From NCBI RefSeq assembly GCF_006345805.1, contig NC_042997.1, forward strand, positions 52,700,001 through 52,764,000: DNA of 64,000 bases. The letters run 5' to 3'. Below, piece after piece: positions 26,614-38,033 of the stretch (position 1 is the stretch's first letter; every line of letters starts with the position of its first letter). The DNA comes from Octopus sinensis. Lineage: Eukaryota. Position numbers and translations under genes: made by a program. The notes under the pieces were generated by a model. The model ran no database searches. It was not told the DNA's origin and was given only the letters and a program-made list of their open reading frames with translations.

Positions 26614-27886
26614 CCTAGATACCTTCGGTAAGACATTCCCTAACGTACATTTCGCCATCTACAAAGATGATGCCCTCGCCTTAACAGCTAATACAAATGG
26701 ACCAGCACAAGATCGTTTTAGGAAGGATATTATCCAGTTAATGAAACACTTCGGACTTAGTATAACTATAGACACTAACCTGACGGTTGTCAATTTCTTA
26801 GACGTTTCCTTAGATCTTAATAATAATATTTATAAGCCTTATAGGAAGCCCAATGATAGACTAAGTTATATTAATGTAGGTTCATGCCATCCCCCTATAG
26901 TATTCAAAAATTTAGTTAAAAATATTAGTAAGAGGATTTCTAGCCTCTCATCTAATGAGGACATCTTCAATAGCGTTGCCCCAGTTTATAATAAAGCTTT
27001 AAAAGATAGTGGTTTTAGCGAAAAAATAAAATATACACCTATCACCAGCCCAACAATAAGGAAAAGGAATAATAGAAATAGGAAGGTCATCTGGTTTACG
27101 CCCCCTTACTCACCCGAGGTGGCCTTCAATATAGGTAAATATTTCCTAGCACTGATAGATAGACATTTTCCAGTTAACCATGCTTATAGGAAACTCTTTA
27201 ATAGACACAATTTAAAAATTAGTTTTAGTTCAACTACCAATTTTAAAAACATAATCAATCATAACATACAAAAAACACAAGAAGAAAACAGCTGTTCATG
27301 CAGGAATAAAGAATTGTGCCCGCTAAATGGAGCTTGCATGTCCAAGACCATCATATATGAAGCTACCGTAAACTCTATAACCACTAAAGACACCGTTTCG
27401 ACGAAGAAATACGTGGGCCTGACAGAGGGTAATTTCAAGGCCAGGTTCAATAACCACACTTTGAGCTTTAGGCACTGGAACAAAAGAAAAGCGACACAAT
27501 TATCCAATCATATTTGGTCTTTAAGAGATAAAGGTGTCGATTATAACATACAATGGAAGATTTTGGCCAGATGTAAGCCCTATACTAACGGCAGCGGAAG
27601 GTGCGGTTTATGCGACATGGAGAGATGGCTTATCTGGAAAAGCAGCTTAGACCCTACCACATGTCTAAATACAAGGACAGAGCTTTTCGGATCATGCCCA
27701 CATGTGACTAAATTTCTGTTACGTTTTTGCTTTCTGTGTTATGTCCCAAGAAGATTTTATATATTTTTATATATTTTTATATATTTTTATGTATTTTTAT
27801 ATAATTTTTATGACGAAAAATGCGAGCGATGTATAAGTACGCAGGCAAAGCAGAGTTATAACAGAGTAATTTCCCTTCATTTTTAA
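26614..27886 (+). pseudogene. Inverted duplicate of the PLE C-terminal RT part + GIY-YIG
   Basis: The translation from LDTFGKTFPN onward is identical to the minus-strand copy except for the missing GPLKKTDRS. The residues upstream of 26614 in the listed ORF are antisense sequence. Confidence 0.88.
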
Positions 27887-27917
27887 CGGTATTTTTTCAT
27901 AACGTTTTCAAATAGCC

Positions 27918-27980
27918 AGATAACCGAAGAGATGGTATTGTGGATTTCCACTTCGGCATCTGAAACTCAGAGTTTTATCT
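27918..27980 (+). ncRNA. Type I hammerhead-ribozyme-like motif in the PLE 3' terminal region (atypical core)
   Basis: AGATAA-CCGAAGA-GATG..CATC-T-GAAAC-TC-A-GA-GT-T-TTATCT. Stem I is a 6-bp perfect helix, stem II is GATG/CATC with an inner GTGGA/TCCAC hairpin, and stem III is ACTC/GAGT. Confidence 0.55.
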
Positions 27981-28440
27981 TGACTACCGAGTAATGTAAC
28001 ATATTGTATAGATAAATTTCCTCTATTTACATAATATTGAGGTCTCTTTCTTTCTTTTGTTATCTTACCGTTTTATCAATATATATATATATATATATAT
28101 GCGTGTGTATGTGTGTGTGTGTATGTATGTATGTATGTAAGTATGTATGTGTGTGCATGTATGCCTATATTATTAATATTTACAGCTTTACGATTATTTA
28201 AAGCTTTACTATTTTGAGTTACACATTTCTTACACACACATACACACACACACACGCGCGCGCAAGACACACACACTCACACACCCATACATACAGACGC
28301 ACGCTCACTCACACAAACTACATATATATAAACTATATACAATATACATATACACCATACACATATATTTATACGTGTGTGTGTTTGTGTGTGAAGGGAG
28401 TGTACATTTATGTAATTATATGCGTAAGTATATATATATT

Positions 28441-28478
<38 letters not shown>

Positions 28479-28502
28479 CATACACATAAGTTTATATGTC
28501 TA

Positions 28503-28555
<53 letters not shown>

Positions 28556-29034
28556 ATGTATGTATGTAGTATGTATGTATGTATGTATGTATGTATGTAT
28601 GCATGCATGCATGTATGCATGTATGTATGTATGTATGTATGTATGTATGTGTATGTATGTATGTGTGTCTTTTGTTTTTAATCATTTAAATTCTTCCTCT
28701 GAAGAAAGAGCTGATTTCTGACAAAGATATAAAATTTCACCTTTGGAATACAGACAACGAAAACAATGTCATATTTTAAACCTGAAAAAATTCTTGCATA
28801 GTTTTACTGTTCCGCTTACAAATGGTACTTATAATGTGTGAATCAGTTGGTTAATTAATTTTTCTGAAAATCCAAGCTTATCCAGACTGACAATTAGGTA
28901 TTTACTTACAAAGCCTAGTGCTCCAATAGTGTATGTATGTATATATGTCTGTCAGTCTGTCTGCACGTATGTATGTATGTAAGGTATGTATGTAAGGTAT
29001 GTATGTATGTATTTGTGAATGTGTGTGCGTATAT

Positions 29035-29144
29035 CATTATTCAGTTTTATTTCAAGATTTCTTGCCAATAGAGAAAGAGCCGGTTTTTAACCGAGATGCA
29101 AGGCTCCTTCATTAGAATTTTAACATTAACAACAGGGTATTTTT
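29035..29144 (-). repeat. ~110-bp dispersed repeat embedded in (TATG)n (copy 2 of the repeat at 1-105)
   Basis: Reverse-complement homology to 1-105. TATG repeats lie on both sides. Confidence 0.75.
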
Positions 29145-29379
29145 GTATGTATTTATGTATGTATGTATGTATGTATGTATGTATGTATGTATGTATGTTT
29201 GTATGTATGTATGTATGTATGTATGTATGTATGTATGTATGTATGTATGTATTTATGTATATGTACAGATTTGTATGTTTTGTTTTATGTGTGTATTCTC
29301 ATGCATATAGTTGCAATTTTAAACATGCTCATATAAATTTAAATGATAAACTTCTGGAAAGTTTTACAGATTTTTACAG

Positions 29380-29604
29380 TTTCAGTGATGGGTTGGATCT
29401 GTAGTCTTCGAATTAGCTCTCTCCATTCTGGTTTTGAGAAGCCTAATTTCTCAAGATTGGCATTTATGCAGTGTGTTACATTTCCCCGGACCCCAGTAAG
29501 GCAAAGTCGGATCCGGCGGAATTTGAACTTAGAACGTAAAGTTAGGCGAAAAGCCGCTAAGCATTTCACCCGATGTGCAAACGATTCTGTAAGTTCACCA
29601 CTTT
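29380..29604 (-). mobile_element. SINE with a family-A-like tRNA head and a divergent body
   Basis: The head GGCAAAGTCGG..GGCGGAATTTGAAC..CCGCTAAGCATTTC..AACGATTCTG is family-A-like. Sequence at 29380-29500 differs from other copies. Confidence 0.6.
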
Positions 29605-30450
29605 AATTATAAGAGTAATATTAATTATAATAACGAATACAAATATTTCTTTTCCTAATATTAAAAAACACCAACAACAATAACAAACCTTTTACCCTTT
29701 TTCAAGCTATATAGCCACTTTGAAAAAACGTTTCATTGAAACATGATGATGTTCTTGGTCAAAACAACTAACTTTCCTGATTTACAACTTTTATTGCATT
29801 ATTTATGGTTTTTCTCAATTTATCATACAACAATCAAATTTGGATAATGTTGATGACAATATATGAAAACTATCAGCTTACGAATTCAAGTATAGCTATG
29901 TTGTGTTTACTTATTGATACTTTTATGGCGTCTATTACCTAATTTCTTTGATTATATTTACATTTATATATTTTTACTACCACGTTTTTCCCTGATTTAT
30001 TTTTCATTTCCTCAACTCATCTATTTCACTACCACTCCACTCCCTCTCCTCGTATCATTGCCCCACTATAATGACCTTTGACAGGACTTCTAATATCAAT
30101 AATTTCTGTTTCAAGAAATAATCTTCTATCTATTTACAAATCAACTACTTTTAGAAACACCTTTAATACCTTTTTCCCCGTCTCTCTGTTTACCCACCTA
30201 TTTATTTTACAATACATTGAGCAACCATTTTTAATACCTAGTTCCTACATCATTAAACATAAATCCTGACTCTAGCCATTTTATTTGCTCTTTGATGAAA
30301 TCGAAAACAAAACAGTACCAACCTTGTAAATGCCATTATCTAAATTAGAAAAAGAAATCCATCCTATTCTATTGTATCGTGTACTTTAATTATGCTTCTC
30401 CTAGTTATATATACACACACACAAACACTCACACACATATGTGTGTGTGC

Positions 30451-30521
<71 letters not shown>

Positions 30522-31799
30522 CATACATACATACATACATGCATATATATATATATACAGAGAGAGAGAGGGGGAGAGGGGGGAGAGAGAGAAACAGACA
30601 TATACATCAGATATACAAGTCTGACCGTTTCGGCTTTAAATTTTTTTAAAAATGTTCGATTTAGTGGAACTTCTGTCTACTGGGATATCTCCATTGCTCC
30701 ACAACTTACCTTATGGCCAATGTGTAATGAGAGAATAGTTTTTAAGTACAAAAATTTTGTGTCTTGTAAATATTAGTTTTGAACACAATATGACAAAGTC
30801 CAGTGGTCTAAATAAGGAGGTAATATATATTTGAATTATATATTGTATTTCTTTTCACAGTCAGGCAGTTTAGGACTGAACGGTAAATATATATTTAATA
30901 GTAAATATATATTCATAATAAATGATGGGTGAAACAAGGTTAAATCATTAACAAATTTACACTTTAACGTATGCTGAAGATTCATAAAAGGGATAAAACA
31001 GTGCTTTATATTTTAAGAAATAATAAGAAATTGTAAGAATGCTATAAATAATAAAAAACGATTGAAATATATTTTTATGTATTTATATGCAAACTCTTCG
31101 TATCCTTTCACATTCTATGATTTTAAATTCAAATTTCTAATTCCATTGCGAGGAGGTAGTTAACTCCCTTTGTATTAACAACCATCCGGAAGGTGCTACG
31201 CGTGTATAAATTTTATGTTCTTTTTGAATACTGTATGTTGCAGATACACGGTACGAACATAGAACGAAATTATTTGCTGTTCTACTTTGTATGCCAGAAA
31301 GATAAATAAATAAATAAATAAATAAAATATAAGAAATAAAATCTGAAATTCACTTGTTCGGGGGACAGATCATAAAACCAAAATCTGAAATCTTAAAAAA
31401 ATTATCCAAACGAATTAGAAGTAAAGAGTAACTATCTTCAGTGTCATTACACACAAAGAAAATATTTTGCAATTGAATCTCAAACTCAGTCTATCAAAAA
31501 CAAGATGAATTAAAAAGCAATTTCCTATACACTGAAGATATAAGTGGAAGCTACGAAAACTAGAGTTAGAAAATTTTTAACGCTAAATACAACACACTAA
31601 GATGTTAGCAAAGAGGAGGACAGTTTGATTGTCAATCATTTCTCGTATTTTATCTACTTCCACGTTTACTTGAAGGATTAAGACAGCAGTTTCTATACTC
31701 ATTTTAAGAAACGAGGGAAATAGCATTTTAACATTACCTTTAACACCAACTGGCTTGATTCAAGCATGCATTTAACTAATAAAAGTAAATAATCTTTCA

Positions 31800-32170
31800 A
31801 TCTTCTCCGCTCAATATTCTTTGGAGGGTCGTGGGATTAGAGTCCTCTAGCACCTTTCAGACGGGCCTATCTAAAGCACCATAATTAAACTTTCCGGCTG
31901 GATTCCCAAGCGTGACCAATTGCGACTATAGATATTTTCCAACTATTTTGTTCTTAGTCTACTCCTGGGTTGACCGCCGGATGGTTCGGTATGAAAAATC
32001 CATCGTGCGATACTTTCTTTCGATATTCATATTACACGTTCGTTGTACGCTTGTTTTGTAGACCTCAAAAACTCATATGATTGATGTACCATAGGGAATG
32101 ATGCTAATGGTTTTGCGGGCGTTTGAGGTTAATGGGTATCTTCTTGTTGTCGTGAAGTCCCAGCACCAGA
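31800..32170 (-). mobile_element. Decayed RTE-clade LINE 3' end
   Basis: The minus strand translates ARWIFHTEPSGGQPRSRLRTK*LENIYSRNWSRLGIQPES...LIPRPSKE (cf. RPRGRPRTRWxDxIxxLxWSRLGIxP). Confidence 0.65.
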
Positions 32171-32345
32171 TGTTTGTGTTCATTAAATATTTGTGTACAT
32201 TAAATGAACAAATAGAAACAATACAACAGAGTTACAAGTGATTTTATTTTCGAATAAATACCACAAATCTCTAAGAACAACAAAAGTACGCATGAATCAA
32301 ACAGCATATAGTTATGGTTAAAAAGAAATTTTGTCTATGTGAATA

Positions 32346-32752
32346 TAGGCGTAGGAGTGGCTGTATGGTAAGTAGCTTGCTTACGAACCACATGGTTCCG
32401 GGTTCAGTCCCACTTCGTATCACCTTGGGCAAGCGTCTTCTACTATAGTCTCGGAGGCGATCAAAGCCTTGTGAGCGGATGTGGTAGACGGAAACTGAAA
32501 GAAGTCCATCGTATATATAAATATATGCATGTGAGTGTATATATGTTTGTGTGTCTGTGTTTGTCTCCCCAACATCGCTTGACAACCGATGCTGGTGTGT
32601 TTATGTCCCCGTAACTTAGCGGTTCGATAAAAGAACCGATAGAATAAGTACTAGGATTACAAAGAATAAATCCTGGGGTCGATTTGCTCGACAAAAGGCG
32701 GTGCTCCAGCACAAAAGGCGGTGCCACAGTCAAATGACTGAAACGAGTAAAG
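32346..32752 (+). mobile_element. tRNA-derived SINE, family B (CORE-like centre)
   Basis: Head GGCGTAGGAGTGGCTGTATGGTAAG, then GGTTCAGTCCC and a MIR-core-like ACCTTGGGCAAG. Tail CAAATGACTGAAACGAGTAAA. Confidence 0.85.
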
Positions 32753-33604
32753 GTCTATACATCTTTTTACTAACAAAAACTTAAAATCATTACACTACCC
32801 TATACTGAAAATGGGTTCACATATGGCTGAGAACTCGATATTTCTCCCTCCATTTGTTCTAATAGCATAATATATATATGGTTATCGTTTTGAGAGGCTG
32901 GATGGCTGCATAGGATTATACCTCTTTTATTATTTATTTATTTTATGTGTTTGACGTTGTTTGTGGATATGTATGTGTATGAGTGTATGTGTGTGTATAT
33001 ACATATAATTATGTATGTATGTGCGATTGATCTGTGGATGTGCGTGTGCGTATGTGCGTTTCTTGACTACCTAACCGTAAAATTTCTTTTGTGATTCAAA
33101 TTTTAAACTATAAGCCAATCGAATTAATCTAGAATAATCAATATCAAGCGACAGAATAACCAGACTCATAGATATGTCGATGTCCGATGGATGTACTTGG
33201 TACAGACATAATTGTATCTATTATTATTATTATTATTAATATTATATTAATAATAATTTTATTGACTTTTACAGGTTTATAATTTTATGAACTGAACTGT
33301 TTTTTTATTATTTTTCATGTATAGGTCTGATTTTTAATTCAAATGTGAGTGTGCATATATTTTCCTGTGTGTTAGTTTTTAGAACTATTAGCCCAATATG
33401 TAGAATAACTGTGTTTATTAATATATATTGATATATATTTTGTTTTATTTTGTTTGTGTGCTTATTTTGTATTATTGTATTAATGAGTAGATATAATATA
33501 TTATGTGTAGTATTATGGGTGTCTATGCACACGTTTTTATATTTTATATTTTTATATTTATATGTATATAAAAAAAATTTTTTTTCACACTTATAATAAA
33601 TTAA

Positions 33605-33722
33605 ATTGTTCTGAAGAGGCCGTGGGGCATCCTTGTTAATGTCTCATTTATACCTGCCTTATACTGCTTATAGGTTAAATGAGGCATGCTTGCCCTTACT
33701 GCCGAAACCAGCTGTCAGATAT
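33605..33722 (+). ncRNA. Hammerhead-like motif with long stem II (probable PLE terminal remnant)
   Basis: CTGAAGA (33611), then GGC...GCC, then GAAAC-CAGCT-GTC (33716). Stem II contains the 12-bp helix ATGTCTCATTTA/TAAATGAGGCAT. Stem I is poor. Confidence 0.5.
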
Positions 33723-33936
33723 GATATAATTACATATTATATTTTATTTTATATTTCTATTTCCTTGTCTAATTATATTTACAGTATTTTGTATAATGCC
33801 TTTACTGTTATGTAATGTGTAATAAAGTATTGATTGGGTATCATCTGATGGTTGATGTTTGATTGATTTAAGTATGTTTCTTCTCCATTTTATAATTTTG
33901 TAGTTATATATAATTATATATATATATATATATATA

Positions 33937-34989
33937 TTAAGGTATGTAGAAAAATACAACATGGACAAGAACGTATAACAGATAGAAGACGATACAAGAA
34001 ACATGGACAGGACATTCGAACCCCTCAGTCTTCAGTCAAGAACCGGATCATCGTAGTAATTTCGGCTGATAATCTTGAGATTACTAGATCACGGCCAGCC
34101 CTCCAAGAAAAACTAAGCTGGAAGCGTAGATTTCCTGGAAGAAGGATCGAATGCATACGAACACCAGGACAGCAAAAGGGACAGATATAAAAAAAACAAA
34201 AAACAATAATGGAATACAGAAACATGAAATACAGAAGCATTAACGGTGAAACACAAGTGTCTTACGACTGATAACAAGCAAACAAATTTTTTCTCTGGCG
34301 CATTGGAAAAAGCCTTTATAGCGGCGGACGAAGAAACAACGATGTTAACACGACGAGGGTCAGGAGCTGAAAGGCAGATTTCGGCCAACAGTCACGTGAC
34401 AGAGAAGAGGGAAAAGAAAAGAAAGAGAAGAGAGAAAAGGGGGACAAAAGCAACAAAGAGAGAGAAGAGAGAGAAGAAGAATCAGAGAGGAGAAGGTGAT
34501 GGGTGTCGAAGAATGACCTGTGAGTGCAGAGCGAGACAAGAAATAGGAGGGTAGTGGAACTAGACCAAAGGATCAGAGGAAGAGAAGAGATAGAGAGAAG
34601 TGAGTAGAGAGAAAGATGAATAGAGAGAAAGAGAGAAAGTAAATGAGAGAGAGAGAGAGACAAACAGAGAGTCGTACCAATTATTAAGAATATGTGTTCA
34701 CATTAATGATAAAGGGGGTACGGGGCGCCTGGAATATATGTTAAGGTATGTAGAAAAATACAACATGGACAAGAACGTTATAACAGATAGAAGACGATAC
34801 AATAAACTGGACAGGACATTCGAACCCCTCAGTCTTCAGTCAAGAACCGATCATCGTAGTAATTTCGGCTGATTAATCTTGAGATTACTAGATCCACGGC
34901 CAGCCCTCCAAGAAAACTAAGCTGGAAGCGTAGATTTCCTGGAAGAAGGATCGAATGCATACGAACACCAGGACAGCAAAAGGGACAGA
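33937..34989. mobile_element. Pair of 249-bp direct repeats around a 555-bp purine-rich non-coding core (TRIM- or pLTR-like)
   Basis: 33937-34185 and 34741-34989 are near-identical. (TA)n lies on the left and (ATGT)n on the right. Confidence 0.65.
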
Positions 34990-35065
34990 ATGTATGTATG
35001 TATGTATGTATGTATGTACGTATCCAAATACATACACTCATAAACACACACACACAACTTTTATC

Positions 35066-35270
35066 TTTTATCCTTTTCAGTCATATGACTGCAGCCATGC
35101 TGGTGTATCGCCCTCAATTGATTTAGTCGAACAAATCGACTATAGGGCTTATTTTTGTTAAAGCCTATTACTCATGCTAGCGGTCCATTTTGCCGAACCG
35201 CAAAGTTACGTGGACTTAAACACACCAACATCGGTTGTCAAGTAGTAGGGGTACAAACACAGACACAAAG
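35066..35270 (-). mobile_element. Family-B SINE, 3' half
   Basis: TTTCAGTCATATGACTGCAGCCATGCTGG, CCGAACCGCAAAGTTACGTGGAC and CAACATCGGTTGTCAAG are the reverse complement of the family-B tail. Confidence 0.75.
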
Positions 35271-35441
35271 GCGCGTGCGCTCACAGACACAGACACACAG
35301 ATACAGACACACACACACATACACACACACACACACACACAGACACACACACACACACACACCACACAGATATTAATATATAAAACAAATTTATTTTATT
35401 CCACACGGGTAGAAATATAGGAAGAATGGAAGTTGAAAATG

Positions 35442-35760
35442 TACTGAGAATAGTTAAAATATTTTTTATTAATATATCTAAAGCTTTAACCGGTTTCACA
35501 GTTTAAACTGATTTTCAAAAAGTTCAAATAGAAAGTTCAAATGTCACAGTTATTTTGCTTCTAACTTGTGTTTGAAGCTTGTCCTACTTTTATAGGGAGT
35601 TCAGGGCTCAAATTAGTATATGTTTTGAATAAAGCAAGACCATTGCGACAGGTGCCACGTCTTTCTATTTGAACGTTTTCAAAATCAGTGTAAACTATAA
35701 AACCGGTTAAAGCTTTTAATATATTGATAAAAATATATTAACTATATTTTATTCTCAGTG
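35442..35760. mobile_element. MITE with ~95-bp imperfect terminal inverted repeats
   Basis: The left end is ACTGAGAATAGTTAAAATATTTTTTATTAATATATCTAAAGCTTTAACCGGTTTCACAGTTTAAACTGATTTTCAAAAAGTTCAAATAGAAAG. It is mirrored by CTTTCTATTTGAACGTTTTCAAAATCAGTG...AACCGGTTAAAGCTTT...ATTCTCAGTG. Confidence 0.75.
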
Positions 35761-35872
35761 TATATATATATATATATATAGATATATATATATATATATA
35801 GATATATATATTATATAGATATATATATATATTATATGTAATATATATAATATTATATATATATATATATTA

Positions 35873-35903
<31 letters not shown>

Positions 35904-35966
35904 GTGTGTGTGTTATGTGTGTGTGCATATATATGTGGTATATATACATATATATAATAAATGATT

Positions 35967-36438
35967 ATCTATATATTATTTAGTATAATATAACTCAACT
36001 TGTGTGTCTTGTGTGTATCTGTGTGTGTGTGTCTGTGTGTTTAACTTCCTGGCACATCTCCTCCTACCAACAAATCGTAGAACCACCAAAAATGGGTCAC
36101 TTAAAGTTTAGGCGAATGAAAATTGAACTGCGCTATTTCTGTTCCGAAATTCATCTCGCAAGTGCAAAAATCGATAATGTGTTTGTTTAGGCCTTATCCC
36201 ATGCATTGATAGTGAACTTTACTCAGTCAGCTGTTTGACGTGAACTGTGTTCATCACGCGTGCAAGCATGCGTAAATTGCATGAAAAATAAAAAATCAAG
36301 ATATAAAAACGAATCGCCGTAAACATTGTAGAAATTCGGCAAAGAAATGAATTTTCGGGATGTAGCCTGGTGGGTCTTTTTGTATTAATATATATATATA
36401 TATATATATATCATCATATATATATATGTATGTATATA

Positions 36439-36469
<31 letters not shown>

Positions 36470-36740
36470 GAGAGTATGATAGAAGAAGGTTAACTCTTCC
36501 TTCCGTAGAAGAAAAAATTCAAATCGGACCATGTTAACACCAAAAGTTATTTACATCAAAAAGGTGCCATTTTTCTGTGAAAATCCCTATTTTTTACGAT
36601 GTTTTGACTGGTGTGTAACCATTTTTCGGTGTATTTCCCTTAAAGAGAATAACAAGCTACATAATGCCAAATTTTTACTTTTCAAAAATTCCAATTCTAA
36701 AGGGGCTAAACAAACCGCAACGCCGGACGATACTGCTAGT
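35967..36740 (-). mobile_element. Helentron-type non-autonomous element (possibly composite)
   Basis: The minus-strand 5' end ACTAGCAGTATCGTCCGGCGTTGCGGTTTG matches 41445. The putative 3' end ATCTATATATT is followed by GT repeats at 35967. Confidence 0.5.
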
Positions 36741-37478
36741 TTATATATATATATTCGAAAGTTTTCTTTCAATTTCCGTCTACCAAATCCACTCACAAGG
36801 CTTTGGTCGGCCCGAAGCTATAGTACAGTGTTTCTCAACCTTTTTACCCTTGCGTAACCCTTAAAATAAATTCCATGTCTCAAGGAACCCCTGCACAATA
36901 TATATATGTATGTATAATTATATATGTATGTATATGTATATTATAATATAATATATATATATATAATATATATATATTATATATATATATATATATTTAT
37001 ATAAGATTAGCTCGTATACGAGTGGGTATATATTTGTAAAAAATGAAGTTTGAAAATGCTGCTATATTAGACAAATTTTAATTTTATATATACATTATTT
37101 ATTTAACATGTTTCGGTTCTTGAAATGACGAACCTTATCAAAAAAAATTATATAAAAAAGATAGTTCATGCTATCAAATATAAAAAATTCATATAATATT
37201 CAATAGAGTCAGACATAAAAAATTCATATATAGTAAAGCGAGTCCATGCTATATGTTTAAAGAGTATGATGTAGTAGTTCATAGTGGTGATGTGCATTCA
37301 ATATAAAAAATTCATGTTCTTGAAAAAGCGAGGAATTCATTTTAGATTTTACCTTGTGTTCCAATGGGAGCAACTGTAATGACTTTTGGTTGGTGTCTGT
37401 TCGTATAGTTTTGGTGAATCTTGTGAATTGTTTGGGTTTTATATAGTTCAGCTTAGCTGTCTCACTTGCATTTTTCAC

Positions 37479-37955
37479 TGACGTCATATAGTTCCAACCA
37501 ATCAAAACTCAGTCTCAACGAATATATCCTGTTAGGAACCAACCAAGCAGAACGACAGTTGGCCACGGAAGAAATATGTCATCCTTGTTTTTGACGGATT
37601 GAAATTAGATCTGATCCATGACTGTATCCTGTTAGGTGGCTAGTCCAGCGGAACGAGACGTCATAAATGTTTTGACCAGTCATCTCGTTAGGTGGCTAGT
37701 CCAGCAGAACGGGACGTCATCAATGTTTTGACCAATCATCCTGTTAGGTGGCTAGTCCAGCAGAACGAGACGTCATCAATGTTTTGACCAATCAGAATCG
37801 GGTCTGACCTATAGCTGTATTAGATCTGACCCATGACTGTATCCTGTTAGGTGGCTAGTCCAGCGGAACGAGACGTCATCAATGTTTTGACCAATCATCC
37901 CGTTAGGTGGCTAGTCCAGCAGAACGAGACGTCATCAATGTTTTGACCAATCAGA
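37479..37955. promoter_or_regulatory. Candidate clustered CRE/ATF (GACGTCA) + CCAAT motifs
   Basis: TGACGTCA lies at 37479 and CCAAT at 37498. GACGTCA occurs in all five units, followed 12 nt later by CCAATC in four. Function is not demonstrated. Confidence 0.35.
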
Positions 37956-37980
37956 ATCGGGTCTGACCCTTAGCTGTATC
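37604..37980. repeat. Higher-order tandem array of a 56-bp unit (5 copies, pattern B-AAA-C-B-AA-C)
   Basis: The unit ATCCTGTTAGGTGGCTAGTCCAGCRGAACGAGACGTCATCAATGTTTTGACCAATC starts at 37626, 37682, 37738, 37841 and 37897. Confidence 0.93.
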
Positions 37981-38001
37981 GTATGTGTATATACATATAC
38001 T

Positions 38002-38033
<32 letters not shown>

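Larger units (their letters stand above)
24514..28080. mobile_element. Penelope-like element (PLE) as a head-to-head fold-back, flanked by (TA)n
   Basis: Arms 24514-25937 and 26614-28010 are reverse complements differing by a 27-bp indel (24797-24823). The spacer is 676 bp. A 70-nt extra tail (28011-28080) is present on the right only. (TA)n lies at 24408-24517 and 28079-28100. Confidence 0.93.

Noticed and set aside
24514-28010. Palindrome as a sequencing fold-back artefact
   Set aside because: The symmetry stops exactly at the element end, the flanks differ, and the arms differ by a clean 27-bp indel. An artefact is therefore unlikely, though spanning reads are needed to exclude it.
31540-31575. 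CTGAAGA...GAAA hammerhead-like spacing
   Set aside because: Stems I and II do not pair.
37604-37980. CRISPR-like appearance of the 56-bp array
   Set aside because: The units are contiguous without unique spacers, there are no cas genes, and the context is eukaryotic.
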